64,000 nucleotides of DNA from Auanema rhodensis (GCA_964057225.1 OZ059894.1:12834001-12898000), one strand, 5' to 3'; shown: positions 1 to 10,500, counted from the first letter of the stretch. Notes: generated from the letters alone by a model not told the origin. Made by a program: numbers and translations.

Positions 1-531
1 CAACTTGCCGCTACTGATATTCTCTGTTATTTCATCAAAATAAAGGACTTTATCAACACAGCCAGGACCTATAATGTATTCGAAAAGGAGCTTACTGATC
101 TACAACTATTTGGTAACGAGAAACGACTCACCGAATTGGTGGAAAGAATTCATAAGGACCACTTGGACGACGTAAAATTGGACATGCCCTACGATCCTTT
201 GAGGGCCCCATCAAGAAAGAGAAGCTGTGAAACATCGCCTCCACGCAAATCCAACATCATTGTAGTGGAAGCGCAACCAGAACTCAAGCTTCTGGTAAAT
301 GAGATGAAGGATCTCCGCAAGGACATCCAACAACTCACAGCACCATTGAACCTCATCATTGAGGAACTTCGCTGCATCAAAAACCTCTTCCAGAAGAGGT
401 CTTTACCTGATATCTGCACACAAGGGACTCAAACTCCCTCAAAGCCAAAGCTGAAGAAGACAGAAGCCACACCACCAAACAAGCCATCGACGAGCAAGGA
501 ATCTCTGCCTTCCTACGTCGACCTTTTCTGA
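1..531 (+). CDS. 5'-partial ORF (at least 176 aa), putative retrotransposon accessory/coiled-coil protein or C-terminal extension of the polyprotein
   Basis: Frame +1 has no stop from base 1 (QLAATDILCYFIKIKDFINTARTYNVFEKELTDLQLFGNEKRLTELVERIH...) to TGA 529-531, so the supplied 136..531 ORF is only its distal part. Composition is protein-like, with a heptad-patterned segment at 280-390 and a P/S/T/K-rich tail. The stop lies about 20 bp before the PPT. Confidence 0.7.
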   Translation, partial: QLAATDILCYFIKIKDFINTARTYNVFEKELTDLQLFGNEKRLTELVERIHKDHLDDVKLDMPYDPLRAPSRKRSCETSPPRKSNIIVVEAQPELKLLVNEMKDLRKDIQQLTAPLNLIIEELRCIKNLFQKRSLPDICTQGTQTPSKPKLKKTEATPPNKPSTSKESLPSYVDLF

Positions 532-552
532 ACAATGCTATTATAGCATATT

Positions 553-564
553 CGGCGGCGGGAG
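553..564 (+). other. Polypurine tract (plus-strand primer site)
   Basis: CGGCGGCGGGAG, a G-rich tract in AT-rich surroundings, directly followed by TGT. Confidence 0.7.
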
Positions 565-639
565 TGTGCGAACGCACTCCATCTTTCCCATACTCTTTTT
601 GGACAACGATGCACTTTATTCCCACTATTTTATTCACCT

Positions 640-915
640 ATGACTCATACGTGCCGCACACACACATGCAAGTTTATCCGATTACTCACCAGATGTTCCT
701 TCATTATTGTCTCTTAAACACATCTATCCATCTTAACCTTTTATGTTAATCTTGTTCTCTTATTGCCTATAGTCTATTTTAATCTTAAGAATTCGTTTAG
801 CTTAATCAATAATCTTGTAAGTTGCAATCGAGGTCTAAATGGCTCATGACTCATTCGCCCACTTGCGCATCCTGCAAAATCTGGGAGATGCCGCACAGGA
901 TAAGACATGACTCAT
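640..915 (+). promoter_or_regulatory. Cluster of three AP-1/GCN4-type bZIP sites (ATGACTCAT) in LTR U3
   Basis: Exact ATGACTCAT at 640-648, 846-854 and 907-915, plus a near-match ATTACTCA at 681-688. Confidence 0.6.
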
Positions 916-1147
916 CTACACTTAGCCTGCCCCCACAACTTACAGCAGAAGGCACATTCAATCTGTGGCAAAATGCTGTATTTTCTCTATATTCTATTCT
1001 ATTCTAATATTCAGCCCACGTATCTATTATTCCTAGATTATTTTATATTTCATTTATTATATATTATTTCGTATTCTTGTTGTAAATTATTTCTCTATTT
1101 CTTCATGCCATCATTAATATGTATTGTATATCGCCCGGTAGAATTCG

Positions 1148-1155
1148 TATATAAG
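1148..1155 (+). promoter_or_regulatory. TATA box of the LTR promoter
   Basis: TATATAAG with GC-richer flanks, about 165 bp upstream of the poly(A) signal. Confidence 0.6.
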
Positions 1156-1312
1156 CTCGCAGCTTTTCCCATTCTTCACCTCTTGATCCAACGACCGCTC
1201 CAAGCGTCGTTCTGCTGTTGCTGCTGCTCCATATTACTTTGTATTCTTGCTTCGTATTGTGTTCATCTATTTTTCTATTTTTTGTCACTGTTGTCTTTAC
1301 CAGTTCTCTCTG

Positions 1313-1318
1313 AATAAA
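1313..1318 (+). terminator. Polyadenylation signal in the LTR R region
   Basis: AATAAA about 105 bp before the LTR end, followed by GT/T-rich sequence (GTTGTCC, GTTCTCGTTCTC). Confidence 0.6.
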
Positions 1319-1423
1319 TCGTTGTCCAAGTAACCTAGCGTTCTCGTTCTCTACACTTCAAATCCACTGAACCACCCATGCCTGTTTTACGCTCTCCTAC
1401 TTCAAAGGATTCCAGTCAAAACA

Positions 1424-1428
1424 ATTGG
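1424..1428. other. Predicted right copy of the target-site duplication (ATTGG)
   Basis: These are the first 5 satellite bases after the LTR terminal ACA. The left copy is outside the window, so both length and existence are unverified. Confidence 0.35.
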
Positions 1429-1440
1429 AATATTATAAAA

Positions 1441-4400
1441 TATTTTCATGTTTTATTTCTTGAGTATCAAAATATTCAAACTTTTTTTTTTCACTGTTTA
1501 AAATCTTAATGAACGAATGAATTGTTTCAAAACTATTGTAAAAATATGAGATTGTTTCAAAATACGTGATTAAATGAAGGAAATGGAGTAAAATGAATTG
1601 GAAAATTATAAAATATTTTCATGTTTTATTTCTTGAGTTTCAAAATATTCAAACTTTTTTTTTTCACTGTTTAAAATCTTAATGAACGAATGAATTGTTT
1701 CAAAACTATTGTAAAAATTTGAGATTGTTTCAAAATACGTGATTAAATGAAGAAAATGGAGTAAAATGAATTGGAAAATTATAAAATATTTCCATGTTTT
1801 ATTTTTTTAGTATCAGAAAATTCAAATTAAGATCGTTTTTAATGTTTCAAATCTCAATGAACGAATGAATTGTTTCAAAACTATTGTAAAAATATGAGAT
1901 TGTTTCAAAATACGTGATTAAATGAAGAAAATGGAGTAAAATGAATTGGAAAATTATAAAATATTTTCATGTTTTATTTCTTGAGTTTCAAAATATTCAA
2001 ACTTTTTTTTTTCACTGTTTAAAATCTTAATGAACGAATGAATTGTTTCAAAACTATTGTAAAAATTTGAGATTGTTTCAAAATACGTGATTTAATGAAG
2101 AAAATAGAGTAAAATGAATTGGAAAATTATAAAATATTTTCATGTTTTATTTTTTTAGTATCAGAAAATTCAAATTAAGATCGTTTTTAATGTTTCAAAT
2201 CTTAATGAACGAATGAATTGTTTCAAAACTATTGTAAAAATATGAGATTGTTTCAAAATACGTGATTAAATGAAGAAAATGGAGTAAAATGAATTGGAAA
2301 ATTATAAAATATTTTCATTTTTTATTTCTTGAGTATCAAAATATTCAAAATTATATCTTTTTTACTGTTAAAAACATTATTAACTGGATGATTTGTTTGG
2401 AAATTATTGTAAAAATATGAGATTGTTTCAAAATACGTGATTAAATGAAGAAAATGGAGCAAAATGAATTGGAAAATTATAAAATATTTTCATGTTTTAT
2501 TTCTTGAGTATCAAAATATTTAAACTTTTTTTTTTCACTGTTTAAAATCTTACAGAACGAATGAATTGTTTCAAAACTATTGTAAAAATTTGAGATTGTT
2601 TCAAAATTTGTGATTAAATGAAGAAAATGGAGTAAAATGAATTGGAAAATTATAAAATATTTCCATGTTTTATTTTCTTAGTATCAGAAAATTCAAATTA
2701 AGATCGTTTTTAATGTTTCAAATCTTAATGAACGAATGAATTGTTTCAAAACTATTGTAAAAATATGAGATTGTTTCAAAATACGTGATTAAATGAAGAA
2801 AATGGAGTAAAATGAATTGGAAAATTATAAAATATTTCCATGTTTTATTTTCTTAGTATCAGAAAATTCAAATTAAGATCGTTTTTAATGTTTCAAATCT
2901 TAATGAACGAATGAATTGTTTCAAAACTATTGTAAAAATATGAGATTAATTCGAAATACGTGATTAAATGAAGAAAATGGAGTAAAATGAATTGGAAAAT
3001 TATAAAATATTTTCATGTTTTATTTCTTGAGTTTCAAAATATTCAAACTTTTTTTTTTCACTGTTTAAAATCTTAATGAACGAATGAATTGTTTCAAAAC
3101 TATTGTAAAAATATGAGATTGTTTCAAAATACGTGATTAAATGAAGAAAATGGAGTAAAATGAATTGGAAAATTATAAAATATTTTCATGTTTTATTTCT
3201 TGAGTTTCAAAATATTCAAACTTTTTTTTTTCACTGTTTAAAATCTTAATTAACGAATGAATTGTTTCAAAACTATTGTAAAAATATGAGATTGTTTCAA
3301 AATACGTGATTAAATGAAGAAAATGGAGTAAAATGAATTGGAAAATTATAAAATATTTCCATGTTTTATTTTTTTAGTATCAGAAAATTCAAATTAAGAT
3401 CGTTTTTAATGTTTCAAATCTCAATGAACGAATGAATTGTTTCAAAACTATTGTAAAAATATGAGATTGTTTCAAAATACGTGATTAAATGAAGAAAATG
3501 GAGCAAAATGAATTGGAAAATTATAAAATATTTTCATGTTTTATTTCTTGAGTATCAAAATATTTAAACTTTTTTTTTTCACTGTTTAAAATCTTAATGA
3601 ACGAATGAATTGTTTCAAAACTATTGTAAAAATATGAGATTGTTTCAAAATACGTGATTAAATGAAGAAAATGGAGTAAAATGAATTGGAAAATTATAAA
3701 ATATTTTCATGTTTTATTTCTTGAGTTTCAAAATATTCAAACTTTTTTTTTTCACTGTTTAAAATCTTACAGAACGAATGAATTGTTTCAAAACTATTGT
3801 AAAAATTTGAGATTGTTTCAAAATACGTGATTAAATGAAGAAAATGGAGTAAAATGAATTGGAAAATTATAAAATATTTCCATGTTTTATTTTCTTAGTA
3901 TCAGAAAATTCGAATTAAGATCGTTTTCAATGTTTCAAATCTTAATGAACGAATTAATTGTTTCAAAACTATTGTAAAAATATGAGATTGTTTCAAAATA
4001 CGTGATTAAATGAAGAAAATGGAGTAAAATGAATTGGAAAATTATAAAATATTTCCATGTTTTATTTTTTTAGTATCAGAAAATTCAAATTAAGATCGTT
4101 TTTAATGTTTCAAATCTCAATGAACGAATGAATTGTTTCAAAACTATTGTAAAAATATGAGATTGTTTCAAAATACGTGATTAAATGAAGAAAATGGAGT
4201 AAAATGAATTGGAAAATTATAAAATATTTTCATGTTTTATTTCTTGAGTTTCAAAATATTCAAACTTTTTTTTTTCACTGTTTAAAATCTTAATGAACGA
4301 ATGAATTGTTTCAAAACTATTGTAAAAATATGAGATTGTTTCAAAATACGTGATTAAATGAAGAAAATGGAGTAAAATGAATTGGAAAATTATAAAATAT

Positions 4401-4572
4401 TTCCATGTTTTATTTTCTTAGTATCAGAAAATTCAAATTAAGATCGTTTTCAATGTTTCAAATCTTAATGAACGAATTAATCGTTTCAAAACTATTGTAA
4501 AAATATGAGATTGTTTCAAAATACGTGATTAAATGAAGAAAATAGAGTAAAATGAATTGGAATATTATAAAA
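1441..4572. repeat. Canonical 18-monomer higher-order repeat unit (3132 bp = 9x173 + 9x175)
   Basis: Class order is A A B A B C A B B A A B A A B B A B, and most monomers carry diagnostic variants. The first monomer type (after GGAATATT, with GAGTATC and GAAGGAAAT) recurs at 4573. The same order recurs across 5168-8300, 17346-20478 and 22564-25696. Confidence 0.9.
2310..2484. repeat. Divergent type-C monomer (first of 22 copies), a HOR landmark
   Basis: Contains ATTATATCTTTTTTACTGTTAAAAACATTATTAACTGGATGATTTGTTTGGAAATTATTGT. The CTGGATG marker occurs at 2384, 5168, 8300, 12995, 16127, 17346, 20478, 22564, 25696, 29698, 33004, 36312, 39619, 42228, 46056, 47450, 51971, 55974, 57193, 59629, 60848 and 62590. 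Confidence 0.92.
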
Positions 4573-7500
4573 TATTTTCATGTTTTATTTCTTGAGTATC
4601 AAAATATTCAAACTTTTTTTTTTCACTGTTTAAAATCTTAATGAACGAATGAATTGTTTCAAAACTATTGTAAAAATATGAGATTGTTTCAAAATACGTG
4701 ATTAAATGAAGGAAATGGAGTAAAATGAATTGGAAAATTATAAAATATTTTTATGTTTTATTTCTTGAGTTTCAAAATATTCAAACTTTTTTTTTTCACT
4801 GTTTAAAATCTTAATGAACGAATGAATTGTTTCAAAACTATTGTAAAAATTTGAGATTGTTTCAAAATACGTGATTTAATGAAGAAAATAGAGTAAAATG
4901 AATTGGAAAATTATAAAATATTTTCATGTTTTATTTTTTTAGTATCAGAAAATTCAAATTAAGATCGTTTTTAATGTTTCAAATCTTAATGAACGAATGA
5001 ATTGTTTCAAAACTATTGTAAAAATATGAGATTGTTTCAAAATACGTGATTAAATGAAGAAAATGGAGTAAAATGAATTGGAAAATTATAAAATATTTTC
5101 ATTTTTTATTTCTTGAGTATCAAAATATTCAAAATTATATCTTTTTTACTGTTAAAAACATTATTAACTGGATGATTTGTTTGGAAATTATTGTAAAAAT
5201 ATGAGATTGTTTCAAAATACGTGATTAAATGAAGAAAATGGAGCAAAATGAATTGGAAAATTATAAAATATTTTCATGTTTTATTTCTTGAGTATCAAAA
5301 TATTTAAACTTTTTTTTTTCACTGTTTAAAATCTTACAGAACGAATGAATTGTTTCAAAACTATTGTAAAAATTTGAGATTGTTTCAAAATTTGTGATTA
5401 AATGAAGAAAATGGAGTAAAATGAATTGGAAAATTATAAAATATTTCCATGTTTTATTTTCTTAGTATCAGAAAATTCAAATTAAGATCGTTTTTAATGT
5501 TTCAAATCTTAATGAACGAATGAATTGTTTCAAAACTATTGTAAAAATATGAGATTGTTTCAAAATACGTGATTAAATGAAGAAAATGGAGTAAAATGAA
5601 TTGGAAAATTATAAAATATTTCCATGTTTTATTTTCTTAGTATCAGAAAATTCAAATTAAGATCGTTTTTAATGTTTCAAATCTTAATGAACGAATGAAT
5701 TGTTTCAAAACTATTGTAAAAATATGAGATTAATTCAAAATACGTGATTAAATGAAGAAAATGGAGTAAAATGAATTGGAAAATTATAAAATATTTTCAT
5801 GTTTTATTTCTTGAGTTTCAAAATATTCAAACTTTTTTTTTTCACTGTTTAAAATCTTAATGAACGAATGAATTGTTTCAAAACTATTGTAAAAATATGA
5901 GATTGTTTCAAAATACGTGATTAAATGAAGAAAATGGAGTAAAATGAATTGGAAAATTATAAAATATTTTCATGTTTTATTTCTTGAGTTTCAAAATATT
6001 CAAACTTTTTTTTTTCACTGTTTAAAATCTTAATTAACGAATGAATTGTTTCAAAACTATTGTAAAAATATGAGATTGTTTCAAAATACGTGATTAAATG
6101 AAGAAAATGGAGTAAAATGAATTGGAAAATTATAAAATATTTCCATGTTTTATTTTTTTAGTATCAGAAAATTCAAATTAAGATCGTTTTTAATGTTTCA
6201 AATCTCAATGAACGAATGAATTGTTTCAAAACTATTGTAAAAATATGAGATTGTTTCAAAATACGTGATTAAATGAAGAAAATGGAGCAAAATGAATTGG
6301 AAAATTATAAAATATTTTCATGTTTTATTTCTTGAGTATCAAAATATTTAAACTTTTTTTTTTCACTGTTTAAAATCTTAATGAACGAATGAATTGTTTC
6401 AAAACTATTGTAAAAATATGAGATTGTTTCAAAATACGTGATTAAATGAAGAAAATGGAGTAAAATGAATTGGAAAATTATAAAATATTTTCATGTTTTA
6501 TTTCTTGAGTTTCAAAATATTCAAACTTTTTTTTTTCACTGTTTAAAATCTTACAGAACGAATGAATTGTTTCAAAACTATTGTAAAAATTTGAGATTGT
6601 TTCAAAATACGTGATTAAATGAAGAAAATGGAGTAAAATGAATTGGAAAATTATAAAATATTTCCATGTTTTATTTTCTTAGTATCAGAAAATTCGAATT
6701 AAGATCGTTTTCAATGTTTCAAATCTTAATGAATGAATTAATTGTTTCAAAACTATTGTAAAAATATGAGATTGTTTCAAAATACGTGATTAAATGAAGA
6801 AAATGGAGTAAAATGAATTGGAAAATTATAAAATATTTCCATGTTTTATTTTTTTAGTATCAGAAAATTCAAATTAAGATCGTTTTTAATGTTTCAAATC
6901 TCAATGAACGAATGAATTGTTTCAAAACTATTGTAAAAATATGAGATTGTTTCAAAATACGTGATTAAATGAAGAAAATGGAGTAAAATGAATTGGAAAA
7001 TTATAAAATATTTTCATGTTTTATTTCTTGAGTTTCAAAATATTCAAACTTTTTTTTTTCACTGTTTAAAATCTTAATGAACGAATGAATTGTTTCAAAA
7101 CTATTGTAAAAATATGAGATTGTTTCAAAATACGTGATTAAATGAAGAAAATGGAGTAAAATGAATTGGAAAATTATAAAATATTTCCATGTTTTATTTT
7201 CTTAGTATCAGAAAATTCAAATTAAGATCGTTTTCAATGTTTCAAATCTTAATGAACGAATTAATCGTTTCAAAACTATTGTAAAAATATGAGATTGTTT
7301 CAAAATACGTGATTAAATGAAGAAAATAGAGTAAAATGAATTGGAATATCATAAAATATTTTCATGTTTTATTTCTTGAGTATCAAAATATTCAAACTTT
7401 TTTTTTTCACTGTTTAAAATCTTAATGAACGAATGAATTGTTTCAAAACTATTGTAAAAATATGAGATTGTTTCAAAATACGTGATTAAATGAAGGAAAT

Positions 7501-10500
7501 GGAGTAAAATGAATTGGAAAATTATAAAATATTTTCATGTTTTATTTCTTGAGTTTCAAAATATTCAAACTTTTTTTTTTCACTGTTTAAAATCTTAATG
7601 AACGAATGAATTGTTTCAAAACTATTGTAAAAATTTGAGATTGTTTCAAAATACGTGATTAAATGAAGAAAATGGAGTAAAATGAATTGGAAAATTATAA
7701 AATATTTCCATGTTTTATTTTTTTAGTATCAGAAAATTCAAATTAAGATCGTTTTTAATGTTTCAAATCTCAATGAACGAATGAATTGTTTCAAAACTAT
7801 TGTAAAAATATGAGATTGTTTCAAAATACGTGATTAAATGAAGAAAATGGAGTAAAATGAATTGGAAAATTATAAAATATTTTCATGTTTTATTTCTTGA
7901 GTTTCAAAATATTCAAACTTTTTTTTTTCACTGTTTAAAATCTTAATGAACGAATGAATTGTTTCAAAACTATTGTAAAAATTTGAGATTGTTTCAAAAT
8001 ACGTGATTTAATGAAGAAAATAGAGTAAAATGAATTGGAAAATTATAAAATATTTTCATGTTTTATTTTTTTAGTATCAGAAAATTCAAATTAAGATCGT
8101 TTTTAATGTTTCAAATCTTAATGAACGAATGAATTGTTTCAAAACTATTGTAAAAATATGAGATTGTTTCAAAATACGTGATTAAATGAAGAAAATGGAG
8201 TAAAATGAATTGGAAAATTATAAAATATTTTCATTTTTTATTTCTTGAGTATCAAAATATTCAAAATTATATCTTTTTTACTGTTAAAAACATTATTAAC
8301 TGGATGATTTGTTTGGAAATTATTGTAAAAATATGAGATTGTTTCAAAATACGTGATTAAATGAAGAAAATGGAGCAAAATGAATTGGAAAATTATAAAA
8401 TATTTTCATGTTTTATTTCTTGAGTATCAAAATATTTAAACTTTTTTTTTTCACTGTTTAAAATCTTACAGAACGAATGAATTGTTTCAAAACTATTGTA
8501 AAAATTTGAGATTGTTTCAAAATTTGTGATTAAATGAAGAAAATGGAGTAAAATGAATTGGAAAATTATAAAATATTTCCATGTTTTATTTTCTTAGTAT
8601 CAGAAAATTCAAATTAAGATCGTTTTTAATGTTTCAAATCTTAATGAACGAATGAATTGTTTCAAAACTATTGTAAAAATATGAGATTAATTCAAAATAC
8701 GTGATTAAATGAAGAAAATGGAGTAAAATGAATTGGAAAATTATAAAATATTTTCATGTTTTATTTCTTGAGTTTCAAAATATTCAAACTTTTTTTTTTC
8801 ACTGTTTAAAATCTTAATGAACGAATGAATTGTTTCAAAACTATTGTAAAAATATGAGATTGTTTCAAAATACGTGATTAAATGAAGAAAATGGAGTAAA
8901 ATGAATTGGAAAATTATAAAATATTTTCATGTTTTATTTCTTGAGTTTCAAAATATTCAAACTTTTTTTTTTCACTGTTTAAAATCTTAATTAACGAATG
9001 AATTGTTTCAAAACTATTGTAAAAATATGAGATTGTTTCAAAATACGTGATTAAATGAAGAAAATGGAGTAAAATGAATTGGAAAATTATAAAATATTTC
9101 CATGTTTTATTTTTTTAGTATCAGAAAATTCAAATTAAGATCGTTTTTAATGTTTCAAATCTCAATGAACGAATGAATTGTTTCAAAACTATTGTAAAAA
9201 TATGAGATTGTTTCAAAATACGTGATTAAATGAAGAAAATGGAGTAAAATGAATTGGAAAATTATAAAATATTTTCATGTTTTATTTCTTGAGTTTCAAA
9301 ATATTCAAACTTTTTTTTTTCACTGTTTAAAATCTTAATGAACGAATGAATTGTTTCAAAACTATTGTAAAAATTTGAGATTGTTTCAAAATACGTGATT
9401 TAATGAAGAAAATAGAGTAAAATGAATTGGAAAATTATAAAATATTTTCATGTTTTATTTTTTTAGTATCAGAAAATTCAAATTAAGATCGTTTTTAATG
9501 TTTCAAATCTTAATGAACGAATGAATTGTTTCAAAACTATTGTAAAAATATGAGATTGTTTCAAAATACGTGATTAAATGAAGAAAATGGAGTAAAATGA
9601 ATTGGAAAATTATAAAATATTTTCATGTTTTATTTCTTGAGTTTCAAAATATTCAAACTTTTTTTTTTCACTGTTTAAAATCTTAATGAACGAATGAATT
9701 GTTTCAAAACTATTGTAAAAATTTGAGATTGTTTCAAAATACGTGATTAAATGAAGAAAATGGAGTAAAATGAATTGGAAAATTATAAAATATTTCCATG
9801 TTTTATTTTTTTAGTATCAGAAAATTCAAATTAAGATCGTTTTTAATGTTTCAAATCTCAATGAACGAATGAATTGTTTCAAAACTATTGTAAAAATATG
9901 AGATTGTTTCAAAATACGTGATTAAATGAAGAAAATGGAGTAAAATGAATTGGAAAATTATAAAATATTTTCATGTTTTATTTCTTGAGTTTCAAAATAT
10001 TCAAACTTTTTTTTTTCACTGTTTAAAATCTTAATGAACGAATGAATTGTTTCAAAACTATTGTAAAAATATGAGATTGTTTCAAAATACGTGATTAAAT
10101 GAAGGAAATGGAGTAAAATGAATTGGAAAATTATAAAATATTTTCATGTTTTATTTCTTGAGTTTCAAAATATTCAAACTTTTTTTTTTCACTGTTTAAA
10201 ATCTTAATGAACGAATGAATTGTTTCAAAACTATTGTAAAAATTTGAGATTGTTTCAAAATACGTGATTAAATGAAGAAAATGGAGTAAAATGAATTGGA
10301 AAATTATAAAATATTTCCATGTTTTATTTTCTTAGTATCAGAAAATTCAAATTAAGATCGTTTTTAATGTTTCAAATCTTAATGAACGAATGAATTGTTT
10401 CAAAACTATTGTAAAAATATGAGATTAATTCAAAATACGTGATTAAATGAAGAAAATGGAGTAAAATGAATTGGAAAATTATAAAATATTTTCATGTTTT

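Larger units (their letters stand above)
1..1423 (+). mobile_element. 3' end of an LTR retrotransposon (probably BEL/Pao superfamily): terminal ORF, PPT and 3' LTR; element continues upstream of the window
   Basis: Order of parts: ORF stop (531), purine tract CGGCGGCGGGAG, then TGT start at 565, TATATAA, AATAAA and an ACA end at 1423 with an abrupt switch to satellite. A GGCGGGAG|TGT junction resembles BEL/Pao PPT-LTR junctions as I recall them. No RT/IN domain is visible, so the superfamily call is inference. Confidence 0.75.
565..1423 (+). repeat. 3' long terminal repeat (859 bp, TGT...ACA)
   Basis: Starts TGTGCG right after the PPT and ends CAAAACA right before the satellite. TATA (1148) precedes AATAAA (1313), matching U3-R-U5 order. 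The partner LTR is outside the window. Confidence 0.72.

Noticed and set aside
136-138. TTG start for the main ORF
   Set aside because: The frame is open back to base 1 and the context is eukaryotic, so the true start or splice site lies upstream.
189-637. Minus-strand ORFs 189..419 and 377..637
   Set aside because: They are short antisense shadows of the + strand ORF; one crosses the PPT/LTR boundary, and neither has recognisable motifs.
817-1014. Possible intron in the LTR (GTAAGT at 817, TATTCAG ending at 1014)
   Set aside because: Such motifs are common in AT-rich DNA, and no supported exon structure results without transcript data.
989-1228. Short simple repeats (TATTC)n near 991-1005 and (CTG)n near 1213-1227
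   Set aside because: They are too short to matter and are ordinary LTR low-complexity sequence.
564-1317. ORFs 564..749, 822..1007, 907..1317 and 1103..1288, including an apparently hydrophobic 136-aa product
   Set aside because: They lie inside the inferred LTR. The F/L/Y/I/C richness follows from T-rich low-complexity DNA and a CTG run, not from a credible membrane protein.
1331-1338. TAACCTAG resembling an insect telomeric repeat
   Set aside because: It is a single partial unit with no tandem telomeric array.
1424-1800. Assigning the satellite to a named family or species from its ~174-bp length
   Set aside because: Many unrelated satellites share this length and I do not recognise the sequence; a database search is required.
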